Shown here piece by piece: positions 17,117-26,790 of a stretch of DNA of 32,000 nucleotides. Both the position numbers and the translations under genes were made by a program. The notes beneath the pieces are model-generated. The model saw only the letters and a list, made by a program, of their open reading frames with translations, was not told the DNA's origin and did no database searches. Location of the stretch: the NCBI RefSeq assembly GCF_000007985.2, contig NC_002939.5, positions 3,630,001 to 3,662,000 on the forward strand, in the 5' to 3' direction. Source of the stretch: Geobacter sulfurreducens PCA. Its GTDB lineage: Bacteria > Desulfobacterota > Desulfuromonadia > Geobacterales > Geobacteraceae. The first letter of the stretch is position 1, and each line of letters starts with the position of its first letter.

Positions 17117-18526
17117 GTGCAGATAACATTCGGCACCGACGGCTGGCGGGGGATCATCGCCCGGGAGTTTACCTTCGACAATCTCTCCCGGGTGGCCCAG
17201 GCCACCATGGATTACCTGAAGCGGGAAGGGCTCGCTGCGCGCGGGCTCGTCGTGGGGTATGATCGCCGCTTCCTCTCCCGGGACTTCGCCGACCGCGTGG
17301 CCGAGATTGCCGCAGGCAACGGCATCCGGGTCTGGCTGACCGACGGTCCGGCTCCCACTCCGGCCATTTCCTGGGCCGTCCACGAGATGAAGGCGGGCGC
17401 CGGCGTCATGATCACCGCCAGCCACAATCCTCCCGCCTATAACGGGTTCAAGGTCAAGGAATCCTTCGGCGGCTCGGCCCGCCCCGCCACCACCAGGATT
17501 CTGGAGGAGATCACCGCCGCCAACACCGCTGCCGGCCGAGGCATCGAGGAACGTCCCCTGGCGGCGGCGCTGGCCGATGGTACCGTAACCATCTTCGACC
17601 CGCGTGAGGGTTATTGCCGTCAGCTCGCCCGTTACGTGGACCTGGATCTTATCCGCCAGGCCGCCATCCCCCTGGCGGTGGACCCGATGCACGGTGCCGG
17701 GGCCGGCGTCATTCCGGAACTCGTGCCCGGCGCCCTGGAGATCCACGGGGATGAGAACCCCGGATTCAGGGGAGTCCCCCCCGAGCCCACCGAAGAGCAC
17801 CTGCAGGAGCTGGCGACGCTCGTGCGGGACGGCGTCTGCCGGGTGGGACTGGCCCTCGACGGCGACGCGGACCGGATCGGCGCCGTGGACGAAAACGGCG
17901 AGTTTTTCTCCTCCCACCGGATCTTCACCGTGATCCTTCGGCACCTGGTGGAGCGCAAGGGCCTCACCGGCGGGGTGGTCAAGACGGTCTCCACCACACG
18001 GATGATCGATCTGCTGGCGCAGAAGTACGGGCTTCCCCTCCACGAAACCCCCATCGGCTTCAAGCATATCTGCGAGCTGATGCTCGAGCACGACATCCTC
18101 ATGGGTGGCGAGGAGTCGGGAGGGCTCGGGGTAAAGGGACACATCCCCGAGCGGGACGGGGTCCTCATGGGGCTCCTGCTTCTGGAAGCCATGGCCATGA
18201 GCGGCAAGGGGCTTCGCCGGTTGCTGGACGAAACCATGGACGAAATCGGCGTCTTCCACTACCAGCGGCTCGATCTCCCCATCGAGGATGCCCCCAAGGC
18301 AGCCCTCATTACCCGGCTGCGGGAGGAGCGGATCGACGCCATTGCGGGACGGCCGGTGGCCGGCACCAATTTCCGCGACGGCTTCAAGTTCATGTTCGAA
18401 GATGGCTCCTGGCTCCTGATCCGCCCGTCAGGGACCGAACCGGTGCTGCGCCTCTACAGCGAGGCCGGCACGCCCGGGACCGTTGGGGAACTACTGGCGG
18501 CCGGCCGGGAAATCGCAGGGGTCTGA
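17117..18526 (+). CDS. Phosphoglucomutase/phosphomannomutase family protein (alpha-D-phosphohexomutase)
   Basis: FGTDGWRG, the phosphoserine loop TASHNPPAYNGFK, the Mg site DGDADR and GGEESGG are all present. I chose the GTG at 17117 because AGGAGGA lies 9 nt upstream; the track ORF starts at 17048. Confidence 0.9.
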   Translation: MQITFGTDGWRGIIAREFTFDNLSRVAQATMDYLKREGLAARGLVVGYDRRFLSRDFADRVAEIAAGNGIRVWLTDGPAPTPAISWAVHEMKAGAGVMITASHNPPAYNGFKVKESFGGSARPATTRILEEITAANTAAGRGIEERPLAAALADGTVTIFDPREGYCRQLARYVDLDLIRQAAIPLAVDPMHGAGAGVIPELVPGALEIHGDENPGFRGVPPEPTEEHLQELATLVRDGVCRVGLALDGDADRIGAVDENGEFFSSHRIFTVILRHLVERKGLTGGVVKTVSTTRMIDLLAQKYGLPLHETPIGFKHICELMLEHDILMGGEESGGLGVKGHIPERDGVLMGLLLLEAMAMSGKGLRRLLDETMDEIGVFHYQRLDLPIEDAPKAALITRLREERIDAIAGRPVAGTNFRDGFKFMFEDGSWLLIRPSGTEPVLRLYSEAGTPGTVGELLAAGREIAGV

Positions 18527-18546
18527 CCGGAGAGGGCAGTGGCCGC

Positions 18547-18575
18547 TTGACCCCTGCCATCCTTGCATCTACAAT
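18547..18575 (+). promoter_or_regulatory. Sigma70-type promoter candidate for corA-ppk
   Basis: TTGACC (18547-18552), 17-nt spacer, TACAAT (18570-18575). Confidence 0.55.
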
Positions 18576-18623
18576 CGTTGTAACGTGGCAACATCCTGAA
18601 TTTCTGGCAGAAAGCGGTGCACT

Positions 18624-19577
18624 ATGATCAAGGCATACCTTCGCGCGGAAGACACCTTCAGACCGGTGGCAGTGGAGTCCGATGAACTGGCGGAACTGGA
18701 CACCGATACCCTCGTCTGGCTCGACCTCATGTCCCCCACGACCGAGGAGCTGGCCACGGTTGAGCGTTGCCTCAAGCTGGAACTGCCGACGCGGCAGGAG
18801 TCGGAGGAGATCGAGTTCAGCTCCCGCTACTGGGAGGACGAAACCGGCATCGACATCAACACCTACTTCCTCGTGAAGCAGGATGACAAATACCATAACG
18901 AAACCGTTTCGTTCATCCTGAAGCGGCACTTCATCGTCACCATCCGGTTCAGCGACCACCGCATCTTCACCGAGTTCTCCCGCCGTCTCCGGCTCAATCC
19001 GCGCGCCTTCCGGGACGGGGCCGACATCCTCAACGGGATTCTCGCCATGCGGGTCGACATGGACGCCGACATCCTTGAGGCCCTGTCCAAGTCCATTGCC
19101 AGCATCGGCCGGAAAGAGCCCCAGTCCTTCGACAATCCGACCACGTTCCTCGAATACATCACCGACTACGAGGACATCAACATCACCATCCGCGAAAACC
19201 TCACGGACAAGCACCGGGTACTCTCGTCGCTCCTGAAGAGCACCATGATCAGCGAGCCCCTAAAGAAAGAATTCAGCATGATGATGAAGGACGTGAACTC
19301 CCTCATCATCTCCGCCAACTTCAACTTCGAGCGGCTCGACTACCTGCAGAACCTCTTCCTGAACCACATGAGCGTGGAGCAGAACAAGGTCATCAAGATC
19401 TTCACCGTCATGTCGGTCATCTTCCTGCCCCCCACCATGATCGCCAGCATCTACGGCATGAACTACAAGCACATGCCCGAGCTGGAGTGGGTGTTCGGCT
19501 ATCCATTCGCCCTGAGCCTCATCGTCCTCTCAGCGGTATTGCCCCTCTACATCTTCAAGAAGAAAGGGTGGCTGTAG
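18624..19577 (+). CDS. corA: CorA-family Mg2+/Co2+ transporter
   Basis: The YGMNY (GMN) signature precedes the last TM helix. Length of 317 aa and the two C-terminal TM helices fit the family. Confidence 0.9.
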   Translation: MIKAYLRAEDTFRPVAVESDELAELDTDTLVWLDLMSPTTEELATVERCLKLELPTRQESEEIEFSSRYWEDETGIDINTYFLVKQDDKYHNETVSFILKRHFIVTIRFSDHRIFTEFSRRLRLNPRAFRDGADILNGILAMRVDMDADILEALSKSIASIGRKEPQSFDNPTTFLEYITDYEDINITIRENLTDKHRVLSSLLKSTMISEPLKKEFSMMMKDVNSLIISANFNFERLDYLQNLFLNHMSVEQNKVIKIFTVMSVIFLPPTMIASIYGMNYKHMPELEWVFGYPFALSLIVLSAVLPLYIFKKKGWL

Positions 19578-19578
19578 C

Positions 19579-21762
19579 ATGCCGCGCAAGGCACAGGCAG
19601 CCGGGACCGGCGCCCCGGAACCGACTGGCGCGCGCGCCCCGGAGACGAGCCTTGCCTCGCCCGAGCTCTACCTGAACCGGGAACTCACCTGGCTCGAGTT
19701 CAACCGGCGTGTCCTCCACGAAGCCGAGGACACCCGCACCCCTTTGCTGGAGCGGGTCAAGTTCACGGCAATCGTGAGCTCGAACCTGGACGAGTTTTTC
19801 ATGAAACGCATCGGCGGCCTCAAGCAGCAGGTCGGGGCCGGGTTGCAGCACCCCACCGTGGACGGCCGCACCCCCCGTCAGCAGATTGCCGAATGCTACG
19901 CCGTGGTGCGGGATCTGGCCGAACGCAAGCGGCGGGTGTTCGGGGAGCTGCTGGGTCTCCTGCGGGACGGGGGCATCCGGATTCTCGGCTACAGCGAGCT
20001 GAGCGAGAAAGAACGTAAGGGGCTGCGGCAGCACTACCAGCGCAATATCTACCCCCTGGTGACCCCCCAGTCCATCGACCCGGCTCACCCGTTCCCCTTC
20101 ATCTCCAACCTCTCCCTCAATCTCCTGGTGACCTTGCGCTATCCGCGAGAGCGCGAGACGTCCCTGGCCCGGGTGAAGGTGCCGGTAGGAGCGGGCATCC
20201 CGCGCTTCATCCGCGTGGGAGACGACGACCGGTTCGTCCCCCTGGAAGAGGTGATGCGCCACAACCTGGACATGCTCTTTCCGGAGATGGAGGTGACGGC
20301 GTGCGAACTCTTCCGGGTGACCCGCAACGCGAACACTGAACGTAACGAAGAACAGGCGGACGATCTGCTGTCCCTGATCGAGTCGGAGTTGCAGGACCGC
20401 CGGTTTGCCCCCATCGTCCGGCTGGAGGTGGGCGCGGACATGGACCCGGTCCACCGGGGGATGCTGGCCGCAGAGCTGGAGCTGACCGAAGCCGACGATG
20501 TCTTCGATGTCGAGGGGATGCTGGCCTTTCGCGACCTCTTCGAGATCGCGGCCCTTGGCTACCCGGAACTGCGCGATCCTCCCCACCATCCCGTCGACCA
20601 CCCCCGACTCATGACCGACCGGAACATTTTCCACGTGCTCCGCGACGCCGGGGCCATCCTCTTGCAGCACCCCTACGACTCCTTTGCCACGTCGGTGGAG
20701 CGCTTTCTCATGGAGGCAAGCGAAGACCCGAAGGTGCGCGCCATCAAGATGACCCTCTACCGGACCGCCTCCGACAGCCGGATCATCGACTGCCTGGTGA
20801 ACGCGGCCAACAACGGCAAGCAGGTGGCCGTGGCGGTGGAGCTCAAGGCCCGCTTCGACGAGGCGGCCAACATCAGGCTGGCGGAGCGGATGGAGGAGGC
20901 GGGAATCCATGTCACCTACGGCGTGGTGGGACTCAAGACCCACTGCAAGGTGATCCTGGTGGTACGGCAGGATTACAACGGGCTGCGGCGCTACGTTCAC
21001 ATTGGAACCGGCAACTACCATCCCGGAACGGCCCGGGTCTACTCCGACCTGGGACTGCTCACCAGCGACGAAACCATCGGCCAGGATGCCACCGAGCTTT
21101 TCAACTATCTCACAACCGGCTATACCCCGCGGCGCAACTACCGGAAACTGCTGCCCGCTCCGAAGCACCTGAAGCGGGCGCTGCTGGCCAGGATCGAGCG
21201 TGAAGCGGAACTTCACTCGGAAAAGAGCCCGGGGCTCATCCAATTCAAGATGAACGCCCTGGAAGACGCCGATATCGTTGCAGCCCTCTACCGGGCAGCA
21301 CGGCAGGGAGTGCGGATCGACCTCATTATCCGTGACAGTTGCCGCCTCCGGCCGGGCGTACCGGGGCTCTCGGAATCGGTGCGGGTGGTGAGCGTGGTGG
21401 GAAGATTCCTGGAACACGCCCGGATCTACTACTTCCGCAACGGCGGCGACGAGGAGTACTTCATCGGTTCCGCAGACGCCATGAAGCGCAATCTTGAGTA
21501 CCGAGTCGAAGTCCTGGCGCCGGTGGAAGCGCCGGAACTGCGAAAGGAACTCCGAACCATGATCGACGTGCAACTGGGAGACCGGCGGAGCGCTTGGGAC
21601 ATGCGGCCCGACGGCAGTTACGTGCAACGGATGCCGGGCGAAGGGGACGATCCCCGTGGAAGTCACGAAATTCTGGTGGACTTGGCTGAAAAGCGTCGCA
21701 AGGCCGGGGCGCGCCTGAAAAAGAAAAAAGCCCGGGGAGTCGTTCGGCGCCCTGTCCGGTAA
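19579..21762 (+). CDS. ppk: Polyphosphate kinase 1
   Basis: It contains LNRELTWLEFNRRVLHEA, FFMKRIGG and the PLD-like HxK motif (THCKVILVV). The product is 727 aa. The ATG lies 1 nt after the corA stop. Confidence 0.95.
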   Translation: MPRKAQAAGTGAPEPTGARAPETSLASPELYLNRELTWLEFNRRVLHEAEDTRTPLLERVKFTAIVSSNLDEFFMKRIGGLKQQVGAGLQHPTVDGRTPRQQIAECYAVVRDLAERKRRVFGELLGLLRDGGIRILGYSELSEKERKGLRQHYQRNIYPLVTPQSIDPAHPFPFISNLSLNLLVTLRYPRERETSLARVKVPVGAGIPRFIRVGDDDRFVPLEEVMRHNLDMLFPEMEVTACELFRVTRNANTERNEEQADDLLSLIESELQDRRFAPIVRLEVGADMDPVHRGMLAAELELTEADDVFDVEGMLAFRDLFEIAALGYPELRDPPHHPVDHPRLMTDRNIFHVLRDAGAILLQHPYDSFATSVERFLMEASEDPKVRAIKMTLYRTASDSRIIDCLVNAANNGKQVAVAVELKARFDEAANIRLAERMEEAGIHVTYGVVGLKTHCKVILVVRQDYNGLRRYVHIGTGNYHPGTARVYSDLGLLTSDETIGQDATELFNYLTTGYTPRRNYRKLLPAPKHLKRALLARIEREAELHSEKSPGLIQFKMNALEDADIVAALYRAARQGVRIDLIIRDSCRLRPGVPGLSESVRVVSVVGRFLEHARIYYFRNGGDEEYFIGSADAMKRNLEYRVEVLAPVEAPELRKELRTMIDVQLGDRRSAWDMRPDGSYVQRMPGEGDDPRGSHEILVDLAEKRRKAGARLKKKKARGVVRRPVR

Positions 21763-21987
21763 TACCTCGGTTTCACCTTACTGCTGGATCTTTCCGTTGC
21801 ACTGCAGGGGCTCCGTCCGCGCCCCGCTCGCTCCTCCCGCAGCGGCAACCGCCCCCCTATCCCACCGCCCCCTGTCCGCAACAATGCGCCGGAACCCGGC
21901 ATGGCGTGGCCACAGACGACCATGGCCCACCGGGGCCGTGGGACCTCATCCAGTCCGTACATCCGGCCGCGGTCGGGGCACTGCGGG

Positions 21988-22626
21988 CTACAGCTTCACG
22001 TTCCGCCAGACCTGCACCACCGTGCCGATGATCCGGGTGTCGGGATCGGGATGGAACGGGGAATAGGCGGCATTGTCGGGGGAGAACAACAGTTCGCCGG
22101 CCTTGAGGCGATAACGGCGGAGAATGGCTTCTCCCCACCGGTTGGTGACGAGCACGATCTCGCCCGGCGCTGCCGGCCGTGCCGGGTCGAAGAGAACCAT
22201 ATCCCCGTCGCGGATTGTGGGAGCCATGAAATCGCCGTAGGCGAGCACCGCATAACACCCCTGCGGCATCCCGGGGAAGACAATCCGACCCTGCACCACA
22301 TCCCCCGGAATATCCTCGGGAAATCCCTGGGGAACGCTCTCCAGCAGCGGAGTCCCCTCGCCTGCCCCCTCGCCCGCGCCGTCAGGGGGGGCGTTCATGG
22401 CGCCCTTTCCCTGGAGAAGCCAGGTCACGTTGACTCCGTAAGTCCGGCAGAGCGCAATGACGAGCGTGTCTGAAGGGACCTTTCTGCCCCGTTCGATACT
22501 GCTCAGAAACCCCTGGACGATGCCGAGGGAGTCGGCAAACGCCTTCTGGGTCATGCCCCGTGCCTGACGAAGTTTCCTGATGCGCCCTCCCAGGGGCGAC
22601 TCTGCCCCGTTTCGCGCACTTTCCAT
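21988..22626 (-). CDS. XRE-family HTH repressor with C-terminal S24 (LexA/CI)-like domain lacking the Ser/Lys dyad
   Basis: The HTH is IRKLRQARGMTQKAFADSLGIVQGFLSSIERGRK. The S24-like segment is AYGDFMAPTIRDGDMV...ILRRYRLKAGELLFSPDN. AGGGAG lies 8 nt upstream of the ATG at 22626. Confidence 0.85.
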   Translation of the reverse strand: MESARNGAESPLGGRIRKLRQARGMTQKAFADSLGIVQGFLSSIERGRKVPSDTLVIALCRTYGVNVTWLLQGKGAMNAPPDGAGEGAGEGTPLLESVPQGFPEDIPGDVVQGRIVFPGMPQGCYAVLAYGDFMAPTIRDGDMVLFDPARPAAPGEIVLVTNRWGEAILRRYRLKAGELLFSPDNAAYSPFHPDPDTRIIGTVVQVWRNVKL

Positions 22627-22657
22627 GACATTATCTCCCTGATATACCAGCGGCGGG

Positions 22658-22691
22658 CTTTATCTACACTGAACATTACTGACAGATAAAG
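22658..22691. promoter_or_regulatory. Inverted-repeat operator candidate CTTTATCT-N18-AGATAAAG
   Basis: The 8-bp arms at 22658-22665 and 22684-22691 are perfect. A third TTATCT copy lies at 22631-22636. The arms bracket the -10 element of the predicted repressor-gene promoter. Confidence 0.5.
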
Positions 22692-22704
22692 TATTGCAAG
22701 TCAA
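22675..22704 (-). promoter_or_regulatory. Sigma70-type promoter candidate for the HTH/S24-like gene
   Basis: Minus strand: TTGACT (22704-22699), 18-nt spacer, AGTAAT (22680-22675). Confidence 0.45.
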
Positions 22705-22772
22705 TATATCATCTCTTTGGGACTGCACCATTGACGGGGACAGCGCGAAAGCCCCTCAGCAATTCGATTATG

Positions 22773-22781
22773 TGGTATAGT
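22773..22781 (+). promoter_or_regulatory. Extended -10 promoter candidate for uvrA
   Basis: TGGTATAGT (TGn + TATAGT) lies 54 nt upstream of the uvrA ATG. The -35 element is weak. Confidence 0.4.
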
Positions 22782-22834
22782 GAGCTCTTGCGTCCGGCCC
22801 TCCGGCGCCAGCATGCATTACCCACGGGAGCACC

Positions 22835-25648
22835 ATGGCACACGACACCATCATCGTCAAAGGCGCGTGCGAACATAACCTCAAGTGCATCGACGTGGAG
22901 ATCCCTCGGGACAAGCTCGTCGTCATCACCGGCATTTCCGGGTCGGGAAAATCGACCCTGGCCTTCGATACCATCTATGCCGAAGGGCAGCGCCGCTACG
23001 TGGAATCCCTCTCGGCCTATGCCCGCCAGTTTCTGGAGCAGATGGAGAAGCCCGACGTGGAATCCATTGAGGGGCTTTCCCCTGCCATCTCCATCGAACA
23101 GAAGACCACCAGCCGCAACCCCCGCTCCACCGTGGGAACCGTCACCGAGATCTACGACTACCTTCGGCTCCTCTTCGCCCGCGTCGGCCACCCCCACTGC
23201 TATGAATGCGGCAAACCGATCACCTCCCAGACTGTCTCCCAGATGGTGGACCAGATCATGGCCTTGCCCGCCGGAACCAGGCTTCAGCTTCTCTCGCCCA
23301 TGGTCCGGGGTCGCAAGGGGGAGTACCGCAAGGAACTGGCCCAGTTGCGCAAGGACGGCTTCGCCCGGGTCATCGTGGATGGCGTGCAGCATGAGCTGGC
23401 CGAGGAGATTCACCTCGACAAAAACAAGAAACACGATATCGATATCGTGGTGGATCGACTCATTATCAAGGAGGGAATCGAGCGGCGCCTGGCCGACTCC
23501 CTGGAAACGGCCCTGAACCACGCGGAAGGGGTGGTAAAGGTCCAGGTCGTGGACGGCGACACCATCCTTTTCTCCGAGGCACTGGCCTGCATCGACTGCG
23601 GCATCTCCTACCCCGAGATGACCCCCCGGATGTTCTCATTCAACAACCCCTACGGCGCCTGCCCCGACTGCACCGGCCTCGGCACGCGGATGTACTTCGA
23701 CGAGGAACTGGTCGTGCCGAACCCGGAACTCTCCATCCGCGAAGGAGCCATCGCCCCATGGGAGAAACGGCTCTCGGCCTGGTACCACATGACTCTGGAC
23801 GCCCTGGCCAAGGCCTTTGACTTCGACATCCGGACCCCCTTCAAAGAGCTCTCTCCCCGGGTGCGCGAGGTGATCCTGCGCGGATCCAAAGGCGAAAAAG
23901 TTGAGTTCTGGTGGGAAGAGGACGGTGGGCGGCGTCACACCTACACCAAGGAATTCGAAGGGGTCATCCCCAATCTGGAGCGGCGCTACCGGGAAAGCGA
24001 CTCGGAGCAGGTGCGGGAAGAGCTGGAGCGCTACATGAACGTAATGCCCTGCCCCACCTGCCAGGGGGCGCGCCTGAAGCGCGAGGCCCTTCACGTGAAG
24101 GTGGCGGAGCGGGACATCCGTCAGGTAACCGCTCTCTCCATCAAGGACGCCTTGGAGTTTTTCGCCTCCCTCACGCTCACCCCGAAAGAGGAGGAGATCG
24201 CCCGCCGCATCCTGAAAGAAATCAGGGAGCGGCTCCACTTCCTAGTTAACGTGGGACTCGACTACCTGTCCCTGGACCGGACCTCGGGCACCCTCTCCGG
24301 CGGTGAAGGGCAGCGGATCCGGCTCGCCACCCAGATCGGCTCCAGCCTCGTGGGGGTTCTCTACATCCTGGACGAGCCCTCCATCGGCCTGCACCAGCGG
24401 GACAACGGCCGACTGTTGCAGACCCTCAAGCACCTGCGCGACATCGGCAACACGGTGCTGGTGGTGGAGCACGACGAGGAGACGATCCTGGAGGCGGACC
24501 ACGTGCTCGACATGGGGCCCGGCGCCGGTGAGCACGGGGGCCGCGTGGTGGCCCAGGGAACCCCGGCGGAGATCATGGCGAACCCCGAGTCCCTCACGGG
24601 CCGCTATCTCTCAGGAGAGCTCACCATCGCCGTGCCTAAAAAGCGGCGCAAGCCCAAGCGCTTCATCACCGTGGAGGGAGCCGCGGAAAACAACCTGAAG
24701 GATGTCACCGTCGACATCCCCCTCGGTGTCATGACCTGCGTCACCGGGGTGTCCGGGTCGGGCAAATCGACACTCGTGATCGACACCCTCTACAAAGTCC
24801 TGGGCCAGCGGCTCTACCGGAGCCGGGAGCGGGCCGGCGCAGTACGCGACATCCGGGGACTGGAACAACTGGACAAGGTCATCAACATCGACCAGTCGCC
24901 CATCGGCCGCACGCCGCGCTCGAACCCCGCCACCTACACCGGGGTCTTCGCCGATATCCGGGATCTCTTCGCCCAACTCCCCGAATCCAAGGTGCGGGGC
25001 TATAAGCCGGGGCGCTACTCGTTCAACGTGAAGGGGGGACGGTGCGAGGCCTGCGCCGGGGACGGGATCATCAAGATCGAGATGCACTTTCTCCCCGATG
25101 TCTACGTCCAGTGTGAGGTCTGCAAGGGAGCCCGCTATAACCGCGAGACCCTGGAGGTTACCTACAAGGGGAAATCCATCGCGCAGGTCCTGGACATGAC
25201 CGTTTCGGAGGCCCTGCGCTTCCTGGAGAACATCCCGAAGGTCAAGGCAAAGCTCCAGACCCTGGAGGAGGTGGGGCTCGGCTACATCCGCCTGGGCCAA
25301 TCGGCCACGACCCTATCCGGCGGCGAGGCCCAGCGGGTGAAACTGGCCAAGGAACTGGCGCGCCGGGCCACCGGCCGAACCATCTACATCCTCGACGAGC
25401 CCACCACCGGCCTTCACTTCCACGACATCGCCAAGCTCCTGGAGGTGCTAAGAAAACTGGTGGAGGGGGGAAATACCATCGTCATCATCGAGCACAACCT
25501 GGACGTCATCAAGACCGCCGATTACATCATCGACCTGGGCCCCGAAGGGGGCGACCGGGGCGGCGAGGTGATCGCCACCGGCACACCTGAGGAGGTGGCC
25601 AAGGTGACACGGTCCTACACGGGACAGTATTTGCGGAAGATGCTGTGA
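22835..25648 (+). CDS. uvrA: Excinuclease ABC subunit A
   Basis: The 937-aa product has two ABC modules (GISGSGKST and GVSGSGKST Walker A; LSGGE signatures) and zinc modules (CPDCTG..., [17 protein letters not shown]...CEVCKG). GGGAG lies 4 nt upstream of the ATG. Confidence 0.98.
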   Translation: MAHDTIIVKGACEHNLKCIDVEIPRDKLVVITGISGSGKSTLAFDTIYAEGQRRYVESLSAYARQFLEQMEKPDVESIEGLSPAISIEQKTTSRNPRSTVGTVTEIYDYLRLLFARVGHPHCYECGKPITSQTVSQMVDQIMALPAGTRLQLLSPMVRGRKGEYRKELAQLRKDGFARVIVDGVQHELAEEIHLDKNKKHDIDIVVDRLIIKEGIERRLADSLETALNHAEGVVKVQVVDGDTILFSEALACIDCGISYPEMTPRMFSFNNPYGACPDCTGLGTRMYFDEELVVPNPELSIREGAIAPWEKRLSAWYHMTLDALAKAFDFDIRTPFKELSPRVREVILRGSKGEKVEFWWEEDGGRRHTYTKEFEGVIPNLERRYRESDSEQVREELERYMNVMPCPTCQGARLKREALHVKVAERDIRQVTALSIKDALEFFASLTLTPKEEEIARRILKEIRERLHFLVNVGLDYLSLDRTSGTLSGGEGQRIRLATQIGSSLVGVLYILDEPSIGLHQRDNGRLLQTLKHLRDIGNTVLVVEHDEETILEADHVLDMGPGAGEHGGRVVAQGTPAEIMANPESLTGRYLSGELTIAVPKKRRKPKRFITVEGAAENNLKDVTVDIPLGVMTCVTGVSGSGKSTLVIDTLYKVLGQRLYRSRERAGAVRDIRGLEQLDKVINIDQSPIGRTPRSNPATYTGVFADIRDLFAQLPESKVRGYKPGRYSFNVKGGRCEACAGDGIIKIEMHFLPDVYVQCEVCKGARYNRETLEVTYKGKSIAQVLDMTVSEALRFLENIPKVKAKLQTLEEVGLGYIRLGQSATTLSGGEAQRVKLAKELARRATGRTIYILDEPTTGLHFHDIAKLLEVLRKLVEGGNTIVIIEHNLDVIKTADYIIDLGPEGGDRGGEVIATGTPEEVAKVTRSYTGQYLRKML

Positions 25649-25678
25649 AGAGGCGGGATAACGGCGGGGGAAGGAGAG

Positions 25679-26410
25679 CTACTCCTCCCCCTCGGGGATG
25701 TCGATCGGCATTTTCTGCAGACGTTTGAAGTAGAAGTTTTGGCCGTAGAGCACGGCCACCGGGTTGTGGCCGGTAACCCGGTCCTTGCAGACCAAGGTGG
25801 TGACCGGGGCCGCGGAATGCTTGGTGAACAGCATGTCGTGGCCCACGCAGAGGCCGACGATGATGTTCATGTGGGTGCCGCAGCGGTTCAGAACCTCTGC
25901 CTGGGCAACGGGATTACAGGCGGGCTCGAACGTTCCGGGACGGACCTTGTCGCTTTCGTCCAGGCCCAGTTCCAGCTTGTCGATGCTGCCGGCCTTGCAG
26001 CAGACGCTCACCGGCTCCAGTCCCTGGGCCTCCAGAATCGTGGCCAGCTGCCGGGTTTCATCCAGGAGCCCGATGCAGGTGGCGATGCCCACCTTGCTCC
26101 AGCCCATGAGCTTCGCCAGGGCTATGGTGTCTTCCACCCGGGTCCAACGGGCCACCACGGCGTCGCTTCCGGTCATCTTCCGGTAGCAGAGCCCTTCAAC
26201 CCGGGCCGCTACCCGGGCAAGCCGGGCATCGTCGCTCTCGCCGCGGTATTCGTCGAAGCTGGAGGCCACGATGTCGCCATGGGCCGAAGATGGGCAGTCC
26301 GCAGGCCGGCCGGGCCGGTTGTCCGGGTTGCTCCAGCAGTTGGTGGTGCCGCTTTTCTGCCAGACGGCGCTGCAACGGGCACAGGATGGTGGCGGCGGCG
26401 TATCGTTCAT
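25679..26410 (-). CDS. DUF1847-like Cys-rich (metal-binding) protein
   Basis: It contains GIATCIGLLDE, VCCKAGS, CNP and GLCVGHDMLF...PVTTLVCKDRVTGHNP, as I recall for DUF1847. The start ATG overlaps the upstream stop (ATGA). Confidence 0.7.
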   Translation of the reverse strand: MNDTPPPPSCARCSAVWQKSGTTNCWSNPDNRPGRPADCPSSAHGDIVASSFDEYRGESDDARLARVAARVEGLCYRKMTGSDAVVARWTRVEDTIALAKLMGWSKVGIATCIGLLDETRQLATILEAQGLEPVSVCCKAGSIDKLELGLDESDKVRPGTFEPACNPVAQAEVLNRCGTHMNIIVGLCVGHDMLFTKHSAAPVTTLVCKDRVTGHNPVAVLYGQNFYFKRLQKMPIDIPEGEE

Positions 26411-26772
26411 TGTTTCTGCTCCTGGATCAGGACATAGGGACTGATGATGAGGGCGGAAAAACTGATCTCTTCATTGGCGTCCCAGGCCGAGATCTGCTCG
26501 GCCGAGGGCTTGGCCAGGAGCCCGGTCTGGATCCAGTCTCCCACCACGGCGGTATCGTCGGAAGCAATGCTGACACCCACCTCCACAAGGTCGAGCCCCC
26601 GGTTCACGACGATGAGCCCGCCCCGCTCCAGATGAGCCCGCAACCAGCTCCACTGGGCCACGTCAACCTGTACCGCCAGTTCCTCCCGCGTTATCTTCAC
26701 TGCGTGCTCTCCCTCATGTTGATATTCATTGTGCAGTTGTATCAGCATATCAGGATTATCAAAAAATGCCAC
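26407..26772 (-). CDS. DUF2288-like small protein
   Basis: WSWLRAHLERGGLIVVNRGLDLVEVGVSIASDD...LLAKPSAEQISAWD...ISPYVLIQE resembles DUF2288 from memory. The start is uncertain: GTG at 26772 or ATG 24 nt downstream, neither with a clear SD. Confidence 0.55.
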   Translation of the reverse strand: MAFFDNPDMLIQLHNEYQHEGEHAVKITREELAVQVDVAQWSWLRAHLERGGLIVVNRGLDLVEVGVSIASDDTAVVGDWIQTGLLAKPSAEQISAWDANEEISFSALIISPYVLIQEQKQ

Positions 26773-26790
26773 CCATGACCGTCAACGCCG

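Noticed and set aside
16955-21666. Long minus-strand ORFs 16955..18259 (434 aa), 18390..19214 (274 aa) and 19555..21666 (703 aa)
   Set aside because: They are antisense to the phosphohexomutase, corA and ppk genes, all of which carry diagnostic motifs. They have no motifs of their own and are shadow frames.
22627-22834. Canonical SOS (LexA) box upstream of uvrA
   Set aside because: The nearest match to the E. coli box is CTG-N11-CAG (22668-22684), which has the wrong spacing. No GGTT...ACC-type motif of the kind I recall for Geobacter LexA is present. The CTTTATCT inverted repeat is reported instead.
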